Under the pieces are notes generated by a model. That model made no database searches. It was not told the DNA's origin and worked only from the letters and a program-made list of their open reading frames with translations. The translations under genes and the position numbers were made by a program. From an uncultured Burkholderiales bacterium (lineage in GTDB: Bacteria > Pseudomonadota > Gammaproteobacteria > Burkholderiales > JAEUOS01), in the NCBI GenBank assembly GCA_964470865.1, contig CAYYFR010000006.1:14676-78675 (forward strand): 64,000 nt of DNA. Direction: 5' to 3'. Below, piece by piece: positions 9,466 through 18,503 of the stretch. Within the stretch, counting starts at the first letter, position 1. The number at the start of each line of letters is the position of its first letter.

Positions 9466-10980
9466 TCAACCGAAATAGCCCTGCAAAAACCAGCCCGGCG
9501 GCAGGCTGCGTTCGCGAAACACCCATACCAGCGCATGCGCCCGGGTCTGCGCGATGAAGTAGTCGCGCGTGATGGCCTTGCCGTCCCACCAGCCGGATTC
9601 GATGCGCTCCGGCCCGGCCATCAGGGTGAGCGGGCCTTCGTGATGCGGTTTGCCGTCGATCTCGGCCAGTCGCGCCGGCGGCTCGACCAGCCATACCGGG
9701 CGTGGGCCCCAGGCAGCGGACATGTCGGCAGCGGCGGTCTTGGTGCGTGGATCCGCACCAGCGTGTCTGCCAATGGTGCGTGTCGGACGCAAGGTTTGCG
9801 CATCCAGCGGCGGCAGGCTGCCGGCCTGGCCCGGCCGGTGTTCGGCGTGCGCTGCGACGCCGGTCAGGGCGCCCTCTCCCAGACGCGCATGCAGGCGCTC
9901 CAGCAGGGGTTGCAGGCCGTGATCTGCGCGCGCCGGTTCGGGCAACAGGGCGCGGGTGGATTCGCCGGCCGTCACCGGCGTCGGCGCGCACACGGTGATG
10001 CGCTCGACCGGCTGCGTCAGTGCGGTGTGATTGAGGCGCTCGCGCAGGATCAGCATGAAACGCGCGCTCGATGCGCTGGGCTCGAAAAAATTCAGCGTGA
10101 GAGGCTGTTCCTGCCGGACTGTGGTGTCGGCCTGCCGCTTGCCGCGTTCGTGGTGCAGGGTCAGATCGATGCGATCAACCGCCTGTTTGCCGGCGCGCAG
10201 GAAGCTCTCCAATTGATGGAAGGCGCGGGCGCAGGCGAACTGCAGCGCTTCGGCCGACTCGGTCGGCACCGGCAGCACGATCACGCTGCGGAATGTCACC
10301 GGGGTGACGAGCGGCCTGATTGGATCAGGCTTGTGGCCTGTGGCGCGGTCGAGTTCGTCGCCGATATGGGCGCCGAACCGGCGTGCCAGACCGTCGCGCG
10401 GCAGGGCCAGCACGTCGGCCACGGTGCGTAAGCCCAGGGTTTCGAAGGTACTTGTGAAACCGGCTGCGCTATCCAGGCAAGTGACCGGCAGCCCGGGCAG
10501 GGCGGCGCGCAGCGCGGCCAGTGTCGCCGGGTGCACCGCAAAACCGCTTTTGGCCAACATGCGTGCGCCGGTCGGCGTCGGTGCGGATGCCAGGATCGCG
10601 CTGAAACCCTGCGCCGCGAGATCTGTCGACATGCGCGCAAGCAAAGCGGGCAGGCCCCCGAAAAGCCGGACGCTGCCGCCGGTTTCCAGTACCAGGCCAT
10701 ACGCTGGGCCAAGCGCGATGCTCGAAGAGAATTCATGCGCCCACAGGCCGAGGCCTGCAAGCGCGGCAGTTTCGCGCGCCGGTGAACGTTCGGCCCAGGC
10801 CAGGGTTGGCATCAAGGCCAGGGCGGCGGCGAGGTTCTGGCCGCTGCGTACGCCCGCGGCCTGCGCGCAAGCATTGGCGGCGGCGATACGCCGCTTCTCG
10901 ACCACCGCGAAGGCGCTCTCAGGCGCTTGCGGCGTGCAGTCGAGAGTCAAGCGCGTGAGGCTGATCGCGGTCCACAACAT
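9466..10980 (-). CDS. imuB: Y-family polymerase-like protein ImuB
   Basis: Typical ImuB N-terminus MLWTAISLTRLTLD...FAVVE...AAGVRSGQ. Position between imuA and dnaE2. Start taken at ATG 10980 (the track ORF starts at 11001). Confidence 0.9.
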   Translation of the reverse strand: MLWTAISLTRLTLDCTPQAPESAFAVVEKRRIAAANACAQAAGVRSGQNLAAALALMPTLAWAERSPARETAALAGLGLWAHEFSSSIALGPAYGLVLETGGSVRLFGGLPALLARMSTDLAAQGFSAILASAPTPTGARMLAKSGFAVHPATLAALRAALPGLPVTCLDSAAGFTSTFETLGLRTVADVLALPRDGLARRFGAHIGDELDRATGHKPDPIRPLVTPVTFRSVIVLPVPTESAEALQFACARAFHQLESFLRAGKQAVDRIDLTLHHERGKRQADTTVRQEQPLTLNFFEPSASSARFMLILRERLNHTALTQPVERITVCAPTPVTAGESTRALLPEPARADHGLQPLLERLHARLGEGALTGVAAHAEHRPGQAGSLPPLDAQTLRPTRTIGRHAGADPRTKTAAADMSAAWGPRPVWLVEPPARLAEIDGKPHHEGPLTLMAGPERIESGWWDGKAITRDYFIAQTRAHALVWVFRERSLPPGWFLQGYFG

Positions 10981-11740
10981 GGGTCGTAAAAGTATTGGCA
11001 AGCGGCTGCGTCGGCCGCGAAAACAGCGGCGAGGGTGGTCTTAACAGGATCGGCCGTGCCAGCATGCCGCCACGACGCTTGAGAATCCTCAAGGTCAGCA
11101 TGCCCGCCAGCCCGGGGTTTGCCGCAACGCCCTGCGCCGGGCGGGTGGCTTCCAGGGCGATGCGCAATGCCGCCGGCGTGGCCTCGGTGGCGGCGGCCGA
11201 CGGCCGCATCAGCACCGCCAGCACCGGCTTGCCTTCGACCGCCAGTTGCAGGCGCCGCGTATCCTGTGCCTTGAGGTGGCCCGGCCACGCCAGCAGCGCG
11301 CCATCGCTCAAGCCCTTGAGGATTTGCTCGCAGGCCCACAGCACATCAGACCGGTGACGTGCGCGCACCACGATCAGTCGGGCCGGCGCTATGCCGCCGC
11401 CCAGGAACGCCGGAGCATGGGGAATCCAGGGCGGTTCGAGCAAAAAGATTGGCGCACCGGCGTGCGCGAGCGCGCTCAGGGCAGGGAAAAACAGGCGCAG
11501 TTCGCCGATACCGGATTGATGGTGCAGTATTTCGGTGAGAGCACCGGCCGGCCAGCCGCCACCCGGCAACTCGGCATCGAGGGGCACAAAACCGGTGGCG
11601 ATGCCGGGGCGGGCCGGACGGGCCAGGTCATGGCCGCGCCACAGCCCCGGGATGGCCGCCACCATGGTGTGGGCGCAAGCGGTCGGTGCAGCGCTGTGCG
11701 GCGGCGCGGCTGCGTCGGCGGGTAGGAGGGCCTGCCCCAT
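10919..11740 (-). CDS. imuA: Translesion-synthesis protein ImuA (SulA/RecA-like)
   Basis: Motif GFVPLDAELPGGGWPAGALTEIL typical of ImuA. First long gene after the LexA box. Alternative start M26 (11665). The 3' end overlaps the imuB start by about 62 nt. Confidence 0.85.
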   Translation of the reverse strand: MGQALLPADAAAPPHSAAPTACAHTMVAAIPGLWRGHDLARPARPGIATGFVPLDAELPGGGWPAGALTEILHHQSGIGELRLFFPALSALAHAGAPIFLLEPPWIPHAPAFLGGGIAPARLIVVRARHRSDVLWACEQILKGLSDGALLAWPGHLKAQDTRRLQLAVEGKPVLAVLMRPSAAATEATPAALRIALEATRPAQGVAANPGLAGMLTLRILKRRGGMLARPILLRPPSPLFSRPTQPLANTFTTHVVDRDQPHALDSRLHAASA

Positions 11741-11776
11741 GGCGACGGGCTGAAGCGATGCGTTGTGCGAAGAGGA

Positions 11777-11956
11777 TCAGGCCGCAAGCCAGTCGACCCA
11801 CATGAGAAGGGCGAAGCCGGTGGCGCATACCACCGGGACCCAGCGGTCGCGGTCATGCGCGATAAAGCGGGCCAGATGGCGCAGGGGCTTGCGCGGATGT
11901 GACGGCGATTGCGTTTTGTCGCGCAGCAGGGCGCTTGAGGGCAGAAAAGCTTGCAT
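11777..11956 (-). CDS. Hypothetical 59-aa protein with hydrophobic C-terminus, between LexA box and imuA
   Basis: Hand-translated, not in track: MQAFLPSSALLRDKTQSPSHPRKPLRHLARFIAHDRDRWVPVVCATGFALLMWVDWLAA. Third codon positions are mostly G/C, as in neighbouring genes. ATG lies 46 nt downstream of the LexA box; the stop is 36 nt before the imuA ATG. Confidence 0.35.
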   Translation of the reverse strand: MQAFLPSSALLRDKTQSPSHPRKPLRHLARFIAHDRDRWVPVVCATGFALLMWVDWLAA

Positions 11957-12001
11957 GGTGAGCGGGCTTCCGGATGTTTTGGGAAGCCAGAATACACCAG
12001 T

Positions 12002-12021
12002 TACTGTTTATTTGTACAGTA
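12002..12021. promoter_or_regulatory. LexA (SOS) box
   Basis: TACTGTTTATTTGTACAGTA is a perfect CTGT-N8-ACAG palindrome (the E. coli/betaproteobacterial LexA consensus). It sits in an AT-rich stretch upstream of the imuA-imuB-dnaE2 strand. Confidence 0.8.
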
Positions 12022-12113
12022 TTTTATTTCTGCAACAGGCCTGCAGTCTGCACTGTCGCCATTGCGCCATCAGTGATCGATGACGCACCGCTGACAGTAT
12101 CACGGATAGCGGA

Positions 12114-14894
12114 TCAAAGCTCCTGGGCGAGTTTCTCGATTTCCGCCCGTGCCGGAAATTTGTCGCCGAGCGCAGCCAGGTCTTCGAGCAGGCGCCGGGC
12201 CTCCGCCTTCTTGCCGGCCTTGATCAGGGCGCGCGCGTAATTCAGGCGGATGGCCGGCGCCTGTGGTGCCAGTTCGGCAGCCTTGGCGAGCAGTTCGAGG
12301 GCGCGCGCGGTATCGCCTTTGTCGAGCAGCAGCACGCCCAGGGTATCCATGAACGCCGGCTGGTTCGGCACCAGTTTGTTGGCCTTTTCGGCATATTCGA
12401 TCGCGCCGGGAGCTTTGAGCCGGCCGCTGATCCAGGCCAGGTTGTTGAGGACCACCGGATTTTCCGGCATGACCGCGAGCAGGCTCTGGAATTGCCGCGC
12501 GGCGGCGTCGAGATCGTTGCGCGCGATCGCACTCTCACCCAGATGCAACTGGAAGCCGTAATCCTTCGGATGATCCTTGACCCAGAGGCCGGAGAAACGC
12601 TCGGCCTCGACCTTGTTGCCGCCTGCCAGCAGTGAACCATGCAGACGCGCCGCCAGTTCGGTGCCGGGCACCAGCTTGAGTCCGCTCCGATAGGATGTGC
12701 TGGCCGCGGGCCAGGCCTTTTGCGACGCATGCACATCGCCCTCGAGCAGATGGCCGACCGCCTCGGTCGGCCGCTGCTTTTGCACTTCGCGCGCCAGGGC
12801 CAGGGCACTCTTCTCGTTTTTCGCCTGCAGGTCGAGCATGATGAGACCGCGTTGTGCCTCGACCAGATCGGATTTTATTTTCAGCGCCTGGCGCAGGTTT
12901 TGCGCGGCAGCCTCTGGCTTCTTGCCGGCGACATTGATTTCCGCCATGCGCAGATAAGGGCGCACCGCGCCGGCTTGCATGCTTGCCTGCTTGGTGTAGG
13001 TTGCCAGTGCCTGGTTGAGCTCGCCGCCGGCCTGCTGTGCCTGGCCCAGCAGATCGAGGAGCTCGGGGCGATCAGGCAGCGCGGCTACGGCATCCTGGCC
13101 GACCGATATGGCCTTGCGGAAGTCCTTGGCGCGCAGATACAGGTCAATCAGCGCGATGCGTGGTGCCGGTTCGTCGCCGCGCATGACGACCGCCTTGTTG
13201 ATAAGGGCGGCGACTTCCTCGGTAGTGCCGCCTGCCTGTGCCTTGAGACCGGCCAGCGCCAGCTGGGCCTGCACGTTTTTCGCGTCGGCGGCGAGCAGCG
13301 TCTCGAAGCGCTTGGCGGCATCGGCCGGCTTTTTGTCGTTCAGGTCGAGCGCAGCCAACCCGGCGACGGCGGAAAAATAGGACGGATTCAACGCCAGTGC
13401 GCGCTCGAAGCTCTTGCGCGCGCCGGCCGTATCGCGCTTGGCAAGCAGCAGGCGGCCGCGCATTTCATGCGGCAGCGGGTTGTCCGGCTGTTTCTTTTCC
13501 AGGGTATCGATGGCCTTGAGCGCCTTGTCGATTTCGCCGCGACGCAGGTGGCTGGCGATCAGGGCCATGTCGGCCGAGGTTCCGGTATCGGCGGCGGAGA
13601 TCTGTTCGAGATCGGCGACGCCGCTATCGGCCTCGCCCTTGGCAACGCGGGTCAGCGCCAGGCTGGTGCGCTTGCGTGCGTCATTCGGATCGAGCTTGGC
13701 GGCGGCGCTGAAAAATTCCTCGGCGCGTGCGGTCTCGCCATTGCGCATGTGGGCTTCGCCGGCCAGCATGAGCATGTTGGAATCGCCGCCAATATTCGCC
13801 AGCACCGGCTTGAGCATTTCCACGGCCTTGGCAGGCTGCCCTGATTCCATATAGGTGAGAGCCAGCCAGCGCCGCGCGGCCAGCGATTGCGGATTCTGCT
13901 TGAGCACCTTGTTCAGAAAAATCTCGGCCTGGGCGAACGACTTCAGGCGGAACTCGATCGCTCCGGCCTGCAGTAAAGTGGCGGGGTTCTCCGGCGCGAT
14001 GCGCAGGAGTTGCTGTGAATATTCGCGTGCGCCCTTGTAATCCTTGTTGGCGAATGCCAGTTGGGCACCGGCCGACAGTGTCAGCGGGTGTCCCGAGGAG
14101 ACCTTTTTCATTGCCTCGAACTCGCGGCCGGCATCTTCGGTCTTGCGCTGCACCATCAGGTTCGCAAACACGGCGATGCGCGCGGGCAGCAAGTCGGGGC
14201 GCGCCTCGATGGCCTTGCGGTAGGAAACCAGGCTTTCGTCGCGCTCGTTGCGCGCAGCCTGCAGGTCGCCCTTGAATTTCCAGCCGTCTGCATTGGCGGG
14301 CTCCAGCTTTAGCACGCGCTCGATGGTCGCCAGCGCCTCATCGATTTTGCGTGTAACGGCGAACACGCGCGCCTGGGTCAAGAGCGCCGGCACGAAGTCG
14401 GGCTTTTTCTCAAGCGCCCGAGCGAGGGCGGCTTCCGCGCCCGGGCGGTCGCCGGTCGCAGCAAGGGCGGTAGCGAGGCTGTTTTGCACCGACGCAATCG
14501 CCTCCGGGGTCGACAGTTGCGCCTGGTTCGCCTCTTCAGCCACGCGCTTGAATTGGCCTTGGGCCAGGTAGGCGCGCATCAACAAGGGTACGACTTCGTC
14601 GGGCGGACTCTTGAGTTCCAGGGCTTTGCGCAGTTCTACTTCAGCTGATTTCGCGTCACCGGTTTCAAGCAGCACCTGGCCCAGCAACAGCCGCGCGGCG
14701 GCACGTTCCGGGTCTTTCTGCAGGGCATTCTTGATCGCGATGATCGCCGCCTTGTTATCCCCCTTTTTGAGGAACTCGCGCGCGCTCGCGGTATGCTTTT
14801 CCGGCGAGTCATCGCTGCACGCGACCATCAGAAGCGCGGTTGCGAATACGCCTGCCAGGATGCGCGGACTTGCTGTGGAGAAGAGTCGGATCAT
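12114..14894 (-). CDS. TPR-repeat lipoprotein, PrsT-like (PEP-CTERM system associated)
   Basis: 926 aa. Lipoprotein signal (ALLMVACSD), then TPR repeats throughout. Size and architecture match my recollection of PrsT (TIGR02917). Confidence 0.65.
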   Translation of the reverse strand: MIRLFSTASPRILAGVFATALLMVACSDDSPEKHTASAREFLKKGDNKAAIIAIKNALQKDPERAAARLLLGQVLLETGDAKSAEVELRKALELKSPPDEVVPLLMRAYLAQGQFKRVAEEANQAQLSTPEAIASVQNSLATALAATGDRPGAEAALARALEKKPDFVPALLTQARVFAVTRKIDEALATIERVLKLEPANADGWKFKGDLQAARNERDESLVSYRKAIEARPDLLPARIAVFANLMVQRKTEDAGREFEAMKKVSSGHPLTLSAGAQLAFANKDYKGAREYSQQLLRIAPENPATLLQAGAIEFRLKSFAQAEIFLNKVLKQNPQSLAARRWLALTYMESGQPAKAVEMLKPVLANIGGDSNMLMLAGEAHMRNGETARAEEFFSAAAKLDPNDARKRTSLALTRVAKGEADSGVADLEQISAADTGTSADMALIASHLRRGEIDKALKAIDTLEKKQPDNPLPHEMRGRLLLAKRDTAGARKSFERALALNPSYFSAVAGLAALDLNDKKPADAAKRFETLLAADAKNVQAQLALAGLKAQAGGTTEEVAALINKAVVMRGDEPAPRIALIDLYLRAKDFRKAISVGQDAVAALPDRPELLDLLGQAQQAGGELNQALATYTKQASMQAGAVRPYLRMAEINVAGKKPEAAAQNLRQALKIKSDLVEAQRGLIMLDLQAKNEKSALALAREVQKQRPTEAVGHLLEGDVHASQKAWPAASTSYRSGLKLVPGTELAARLHGSLLAGGNKVEAERFSGLWVKDHPKDYGFQLHLGESAIARNDLDAAARQFQSLLAVMPENPVVLNNLAWISGRLKAPGAIEYAEKANKLVPNQPAFMDTLGVLLLDKGDTARALELLAKAAELAPQAPAIRLNYARALIKAGKKAEARRLLEDLAALGDKFPARAEIEKLAQEL

Positions 14895-15055
14895 GGGTTC
14901 AGGCCGATATGTTGAAGCAGCGTGGAGTTGCGCAGACGATCAGCGCGGGCACTTGTTGCACCGATTCTATCCTTTGGGAATGGCTGATGCGTAGCCGCGC
15001 GACCCTGTGCTAAATTCGCTGCGCCTGCAACACTGCCATGCCAAAGGGGATGAGA

Positions 15056-15928
15056 ATGCCATATGTCACTGCGCCGGACGGGGTGCGACTGTATTTCGAA
15101 GAGGCGGGCGGCGGCGTGCCGGTGGTATTCGTGCATGAATTTCTGGGGGATATCCAGGCTTGGGAACCCCAACTGCGATATTTTTCGCGACGCTATCGGA
15201 CCATCGCCTTCAATGCGCGCGGCTATCCACCGTCGGACGTGCCGCAACGTGCCGAGGATTACTCTTTCGAGCACCAGCGCGCAGGAATTCTTGCGCTACT
15301 GGATGGTCTGCAGATTGCGCGTGCGCATATCGTCGGGCTTTCGATGGGAGCGTTCGCCACGTTTTACTTCGGCATGCGCTGGCCGGAGCGCGCGTTGTCG
15401 TTGACGCTGGCCGGTATCGGGTCGGGTTCCGGTGCGGACACGCGTGCACAGTTCCGTGGTGAATCCGAAGCCACTGCGGCCGGCCTGCTGGCGGACGGCT
15501 GGGCGGTAAATGCCGGGCCTCGCACGCTGACGCCCACCCGGGTGCAGTTGCGCAACAAGGATCCGCGTGGTTTTGCCGAATTCGTCGAACATGTCAGTCG
15601 GCACTCGGCGCAGGGATCGGCGCTGACGCTTCAGGGCTATCAGGCGCTGCGCCCGTCGCTCGGCGATTTCACTGATGAGATGGCGCGCTGCACGGTGCCG
15701 ACCTTGATCATCAGCGGCGATGAGGACGAACCCTGCCTGGACGCATCGCTGATGCTCAAGCGCCACATGCCGTCGGCAGGCCTGTCTTTCATTGCGCAGA
15801 CCGGTCATGCCTGCAATCTCGAGGAACCTGATTTATTCAACCAGATGTGCGAGCGCTTTTTTCACCAGGTTGAGTCGGGCCAATACCGCATGCGTGATCC
15901 GCTGGCGCGTACGGCACGCATGCTTTGA
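15056..15928 (+). CDS. Alpha/beta-fold hydrolase
   Basis: PVVFVHEF oxyanion region, nucleophile elbow GLSMGA, C-terminal GH catalytic region. ATG 15056 is 7 nt after GGGGA. Confidence 0.8.
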   Translation: MPYVTAPDGVRLYFEEAGGGVPVVFVHEFLGDIQAWEPQLRYFSRRYRTIAFNARGYPPSDVPQRAEDYSFEHQRAGILALLDGLQIARAHIVGLSMGAFATFYFGMRWPERALSLTLAGIGSGSGADTRAQFRGESEATAAGLLADGWAVNAGPRTLTPTRVQLRNKDPRGFAEFVEHVSRHSAQGSALTLQGYQALRPSLGDFTDEMARCTVPTLIISGDEDEPCLDASLMLKRHMPSAGLSFIAQTGHACNLEEPDLFNQMCERFFHQVESGQYRMRDPLARTARML

Positions 15929-15941
15929 GGAACCGGCGGCC

Positions 15942-16574
15942 GTGCGCACGCTGATCATCGCGTCTGCCAGTCCGTTCGCGCGCAAGGCGCGCATTGCACT
16001 ACTGGAAAAGGGCGTCGCGTTCGAGGTGGAAGTCGACAATCCCTGGAGCCCGGCTGCGCGTGCGTTGGTACACAACCCGTTGGGCAAGATTCCGGTCTTG
16101 CTCACTGAAGACGACGGCGCGATTCTTGATTCAAGATTGATCGTCGAGTACGTCGAGGCGAAGTGGCCACTGCCGGCGCTGTTGCCGCCTGATGCCAGGA
16201 ATCGTATCGCGACGCGCCAGATCGAAGTCCTGGCCGATGGTGTTTGCGAAGCGGTGGTCCTGATCGTGCTGGAACGCGCACGTTTGCCGCAGTTGCAAAG
16301 CCGCGACTGGATCATGCGCCAGTTCGCCAAGGTCGAGGCCGGGGTGGCCGAGGTCGAACGCAGGCTGGTACCCGGACCGTGCTACAACGGCCTGGGTTTT
16401 GGTCTGGCCGACATTGCGCTCGGCTGCATGCTTGGCTATCTGGACCTGCGCATGCCTGAATTCGCCTGGCGTGAACGCGCCCCGGGTCTGGACAGGCTGT
16501 TCACCACTTTGTCACAGCGCGAATCGTTCCGCGCCACCCGGCCCGCAGCGCAGACGATCGCCAGCCTGGCCTGA
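15942..16574 (+). CDS. Glutathione S-transferase family protein
   Basis: Thioredoxin-like N-terminus SPFARKARIALLEKGVAFE plus a helical C-domain. GTG 15942 is preceded by GAGGAA. Upstream ORF extension overlaps the hydrolase gene. Confidence 0.8.
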   Translation: MRTLIIASASPFARKARIALLEKGVAFEVEVDNPWSPAARALVHNPLGKIPVLLTEDDGAILDSRLIVEYVEAKWPLPALLPPDARNRIATRQIEVLADGVCEAVVLIVLERARLPQLQSRDWIMRQFAKVEAGVAEVERRLVPGPCYNGLGFGLADIALGCMLGYLDLRMPEFAWRERAPGLDRLFTTLSQRESFRATRPAAQTIASLA

Positions 16575-16591
16575 CGGCGCGCGTCGCGCGC

Positions 16592-17782
16592 TCAATGCGT
16601 CGACGACTGCTTCTTGGACAGATAGCGAATCGCGCGTTCCAGACCCTGGATGGTCAGCGGATGCATGCGGTTGCCCATGATCTGCTTGATGACCGAGATC
16701 GACTGGCGATATTCCCACACGCGCTCGGGCTCGGGATTGAGCCACACCGCGCTCTTGAAGTGTTCGAGGAAGCGCTGTATCCAGACCGCGCCCGCCTCCT
16801 CGTTGTTGTATTCGACGCTACCGCCGGGTTGCAGGATTTCGTAGGGGCTCATGGTGGCGTCACCGACGAAGATCAGCTTGTAGTCGCGGTTGTATTTGCG
16901 GATCACGTCCCAGGTGAGAAATTTCTCCGAATGGCGGCGACGGTTGTTCTTCCACAAAAAATCATAGACGCAATTGTGAAAATAGTAGTACTCGAGATGC
17001 TTGAATTCACTCTTGGTGGCCGAGAACAATTCTTCGGCCTGCTTGATGTGGTCGTCCATGGTGCCGCCCACATCCAGGAGCATCAGTACCTTCACGCTGT
17101 TCTTGCGCTCCGGCACCATCTTGATGTCCAGCCAGCCGGCATTCCTGGCGGTGCAATCGATGGTGTCGGGCATGTCGAGCTCGTCGGCGGCACCTTCGCG
17201 GGCGAACTTGCGCAGGCGCCGCAAGGCCAGCTTGATATTGCGGATGCCCAATTCGACCGAGTCGTCGTAATCCTTGTAGGAGCGCTGGTCCCAGACCTTG
17301 ACCGCCGATCGGTTGCGGCCGCCGGCCTGGCCGATGCGCACCCCTTGAGGGTTGTAGCCGTGGGCGCCGAAAGGCGAGGTGCCCCCGGTGCCGATCCATT
17401 TCGAGCCGCCTTCGTGACGTTCCTTCTGTTCTTCGAGGCGCTTCTTGAGTTCCTCCATCAGCTTGTCCCAGCCAAGTGCTTCGAGCTTGGCCTTTTCCTC
17501 GGGTGACAGATTGTTCTCGATTATCTTGCGCAGCCAGTCTTCGGGCAATGCCCGCTGCAGGTCGACCAGCGACTCGACCCCGCGAAAGTACTCGCCGAAC
17601 ACACGATCGTACTTGTCGTACTTGGTCTCGTCCTTGATCAGGCACATGCGCGAAAGGAAATAGAACTCGTCGATCGATGGTCCGATCACGCCCTTCTGCA
17701 GCGACTCAAGCAAGACCAGAAACTCCTTGGTCGAAACCGGCAAACCGGCGTTCTTGCACTTGAGGAAAAAGTCGATGAGCAT
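16592..17782 (-). CDS. VWA domain-containing protein (CoxE-like)
   Basis: 396 aa with a C-terminal VWA/MIDAS-like region (VLMLLDVGGTMD...IFVGDATMSP). Same strand as the MoxR-type ATPase. Confidence 0.8.
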   Translation of the reverse strand: MLIDFFLKCKNAGLPVSTKEFLVLLESLQKGVIGPSIDEFYFLSRMCLIKDETKYDKYDRVFGEYFRGVESLVDLQRALPEDWLRKIIENNLSPEEKAKLEALGWDKLMEELKKRLEEQKERHEGGSKWIGTGGTSPFGAHGYNPQGVRIGQAGGRNRSAVKVWDQRSYKDYDDSVELGIRNIKLALRRLRKFAREGAADELDMPDTIDCTARNAGWLDIKMVPERKNSVKVLMLLDVGGTMDDHIKQAEELFSATKSEFKHLEYYYFHNCVYDFLWKNNRRRHSEKFLTWDVIRKYNRDYKLIFVGDATMSPYEILQPGGSVEYNNEEAGAVWIQRFLEHFKSAVWLNPEPERVWEYRQSISVIKQIMGNRMHPLTIQGLERAIRYLSKKQSSTH

Positions 17783-17895
17783 GCGAGAGCTCCGTTAAGA
17801 AAACACTACAACAGCCCGCAGGAAAAAAGCCGCTTTTGCAGTTTGTTGATCCGCTTGAAGACTACTGTTCGAGAGTCTGCAGAACGGGGACTTAT

Positions 17896-18501
17896 TCACT
17901 GCTTTTCCGCCAGGCCGCGTGAAAGCTGAAATTCGAGATGGCTTTTCACCGCCGGCCATTCCTGCGGCAGAATACTGAACACCACCGTATCGCGCAATGT
18001 GCCATCGGCATGGCGCATGTGGGCGCGCAGGACGCCATCCTGCTTCGCACCCAATCGCTCGATTGCGCGCCGGCTGGCAAAATTGAAAAAGCTGGTGCGA
18101 AACTCCACCGCGATGCACCCCAGGGTATCGAAGGCGTGTCGCAGCAACAAGAGCTTGCACTCGGTATTGAGCGCGCTTCGCTGCACCGACCGGGCATACC
18201 AGGTAGAACCGATTTCGACCCGCTTGTTGGCCTGATCAACGTTCATGAAAGTGGTCATGCCCACCAATTTACCGGTGGCCATGCTGCGCACCGCGAACGG
18301 CAGCATCGAGCCGCTGTCACAAAGCCTGAGCCGGCGTTCGATTTCGGCCGCCATGTTCTGCGGCGCCGGGATCGAGGTGTACCAGAGTTTCCACAATTCA
18401 CCGTCGCGTACCGCATCCTCGAGCGCGGGTCCTTGCGTCGGGGCGAGCGGCTCAAGAGCAGCATGCCGGCCGCGCAAGCTCAGCGGCGCCAGCCAAGGCA
18501 T
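17896..18501 (-). CDS. GNAT-family N-acetyltransferase (RimJ/RimL-like)
   Basis: 201 aa. Acetyltransferase core (RSALNTECKLLLLRHAFDTLGCIAVEFRTSFFNFASRRAIERLGA). Its start lies 3 nt from the ATPase stop. Confidence 0.8.
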   Translation of the reverse strand: MPWLAPLSLRGRHAALEPLAPTQGPALEDAVRDGELWKLWYTSIPAPQNMAAEIERRLRLCDSGSMLPFAVRSMATGKLVGMTTFMNVDQANKRVEIGSTWYARSVQRSALNTECKLLLLRHAFDTLGCIAVEFRTSFFNFASRRAIERLGAKQDGVLRAHMRHADGTLRDTVVFSILPQEWPAVKSHLEFQLSRGLAEKQ

Positions 18502-18503
18502 GC

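Noticed and set aside
11476-11997. 173-aa minus-strand ORF covering the LexA-box-proximal region and the imuA 5' end
   Set aside because: It is out of frame with imuA over half its length and has a Pro/Arg/Ser-rich, low-information sequence. The 59-aa ORF in another frame has better codon bias and a clean stop before imuA.
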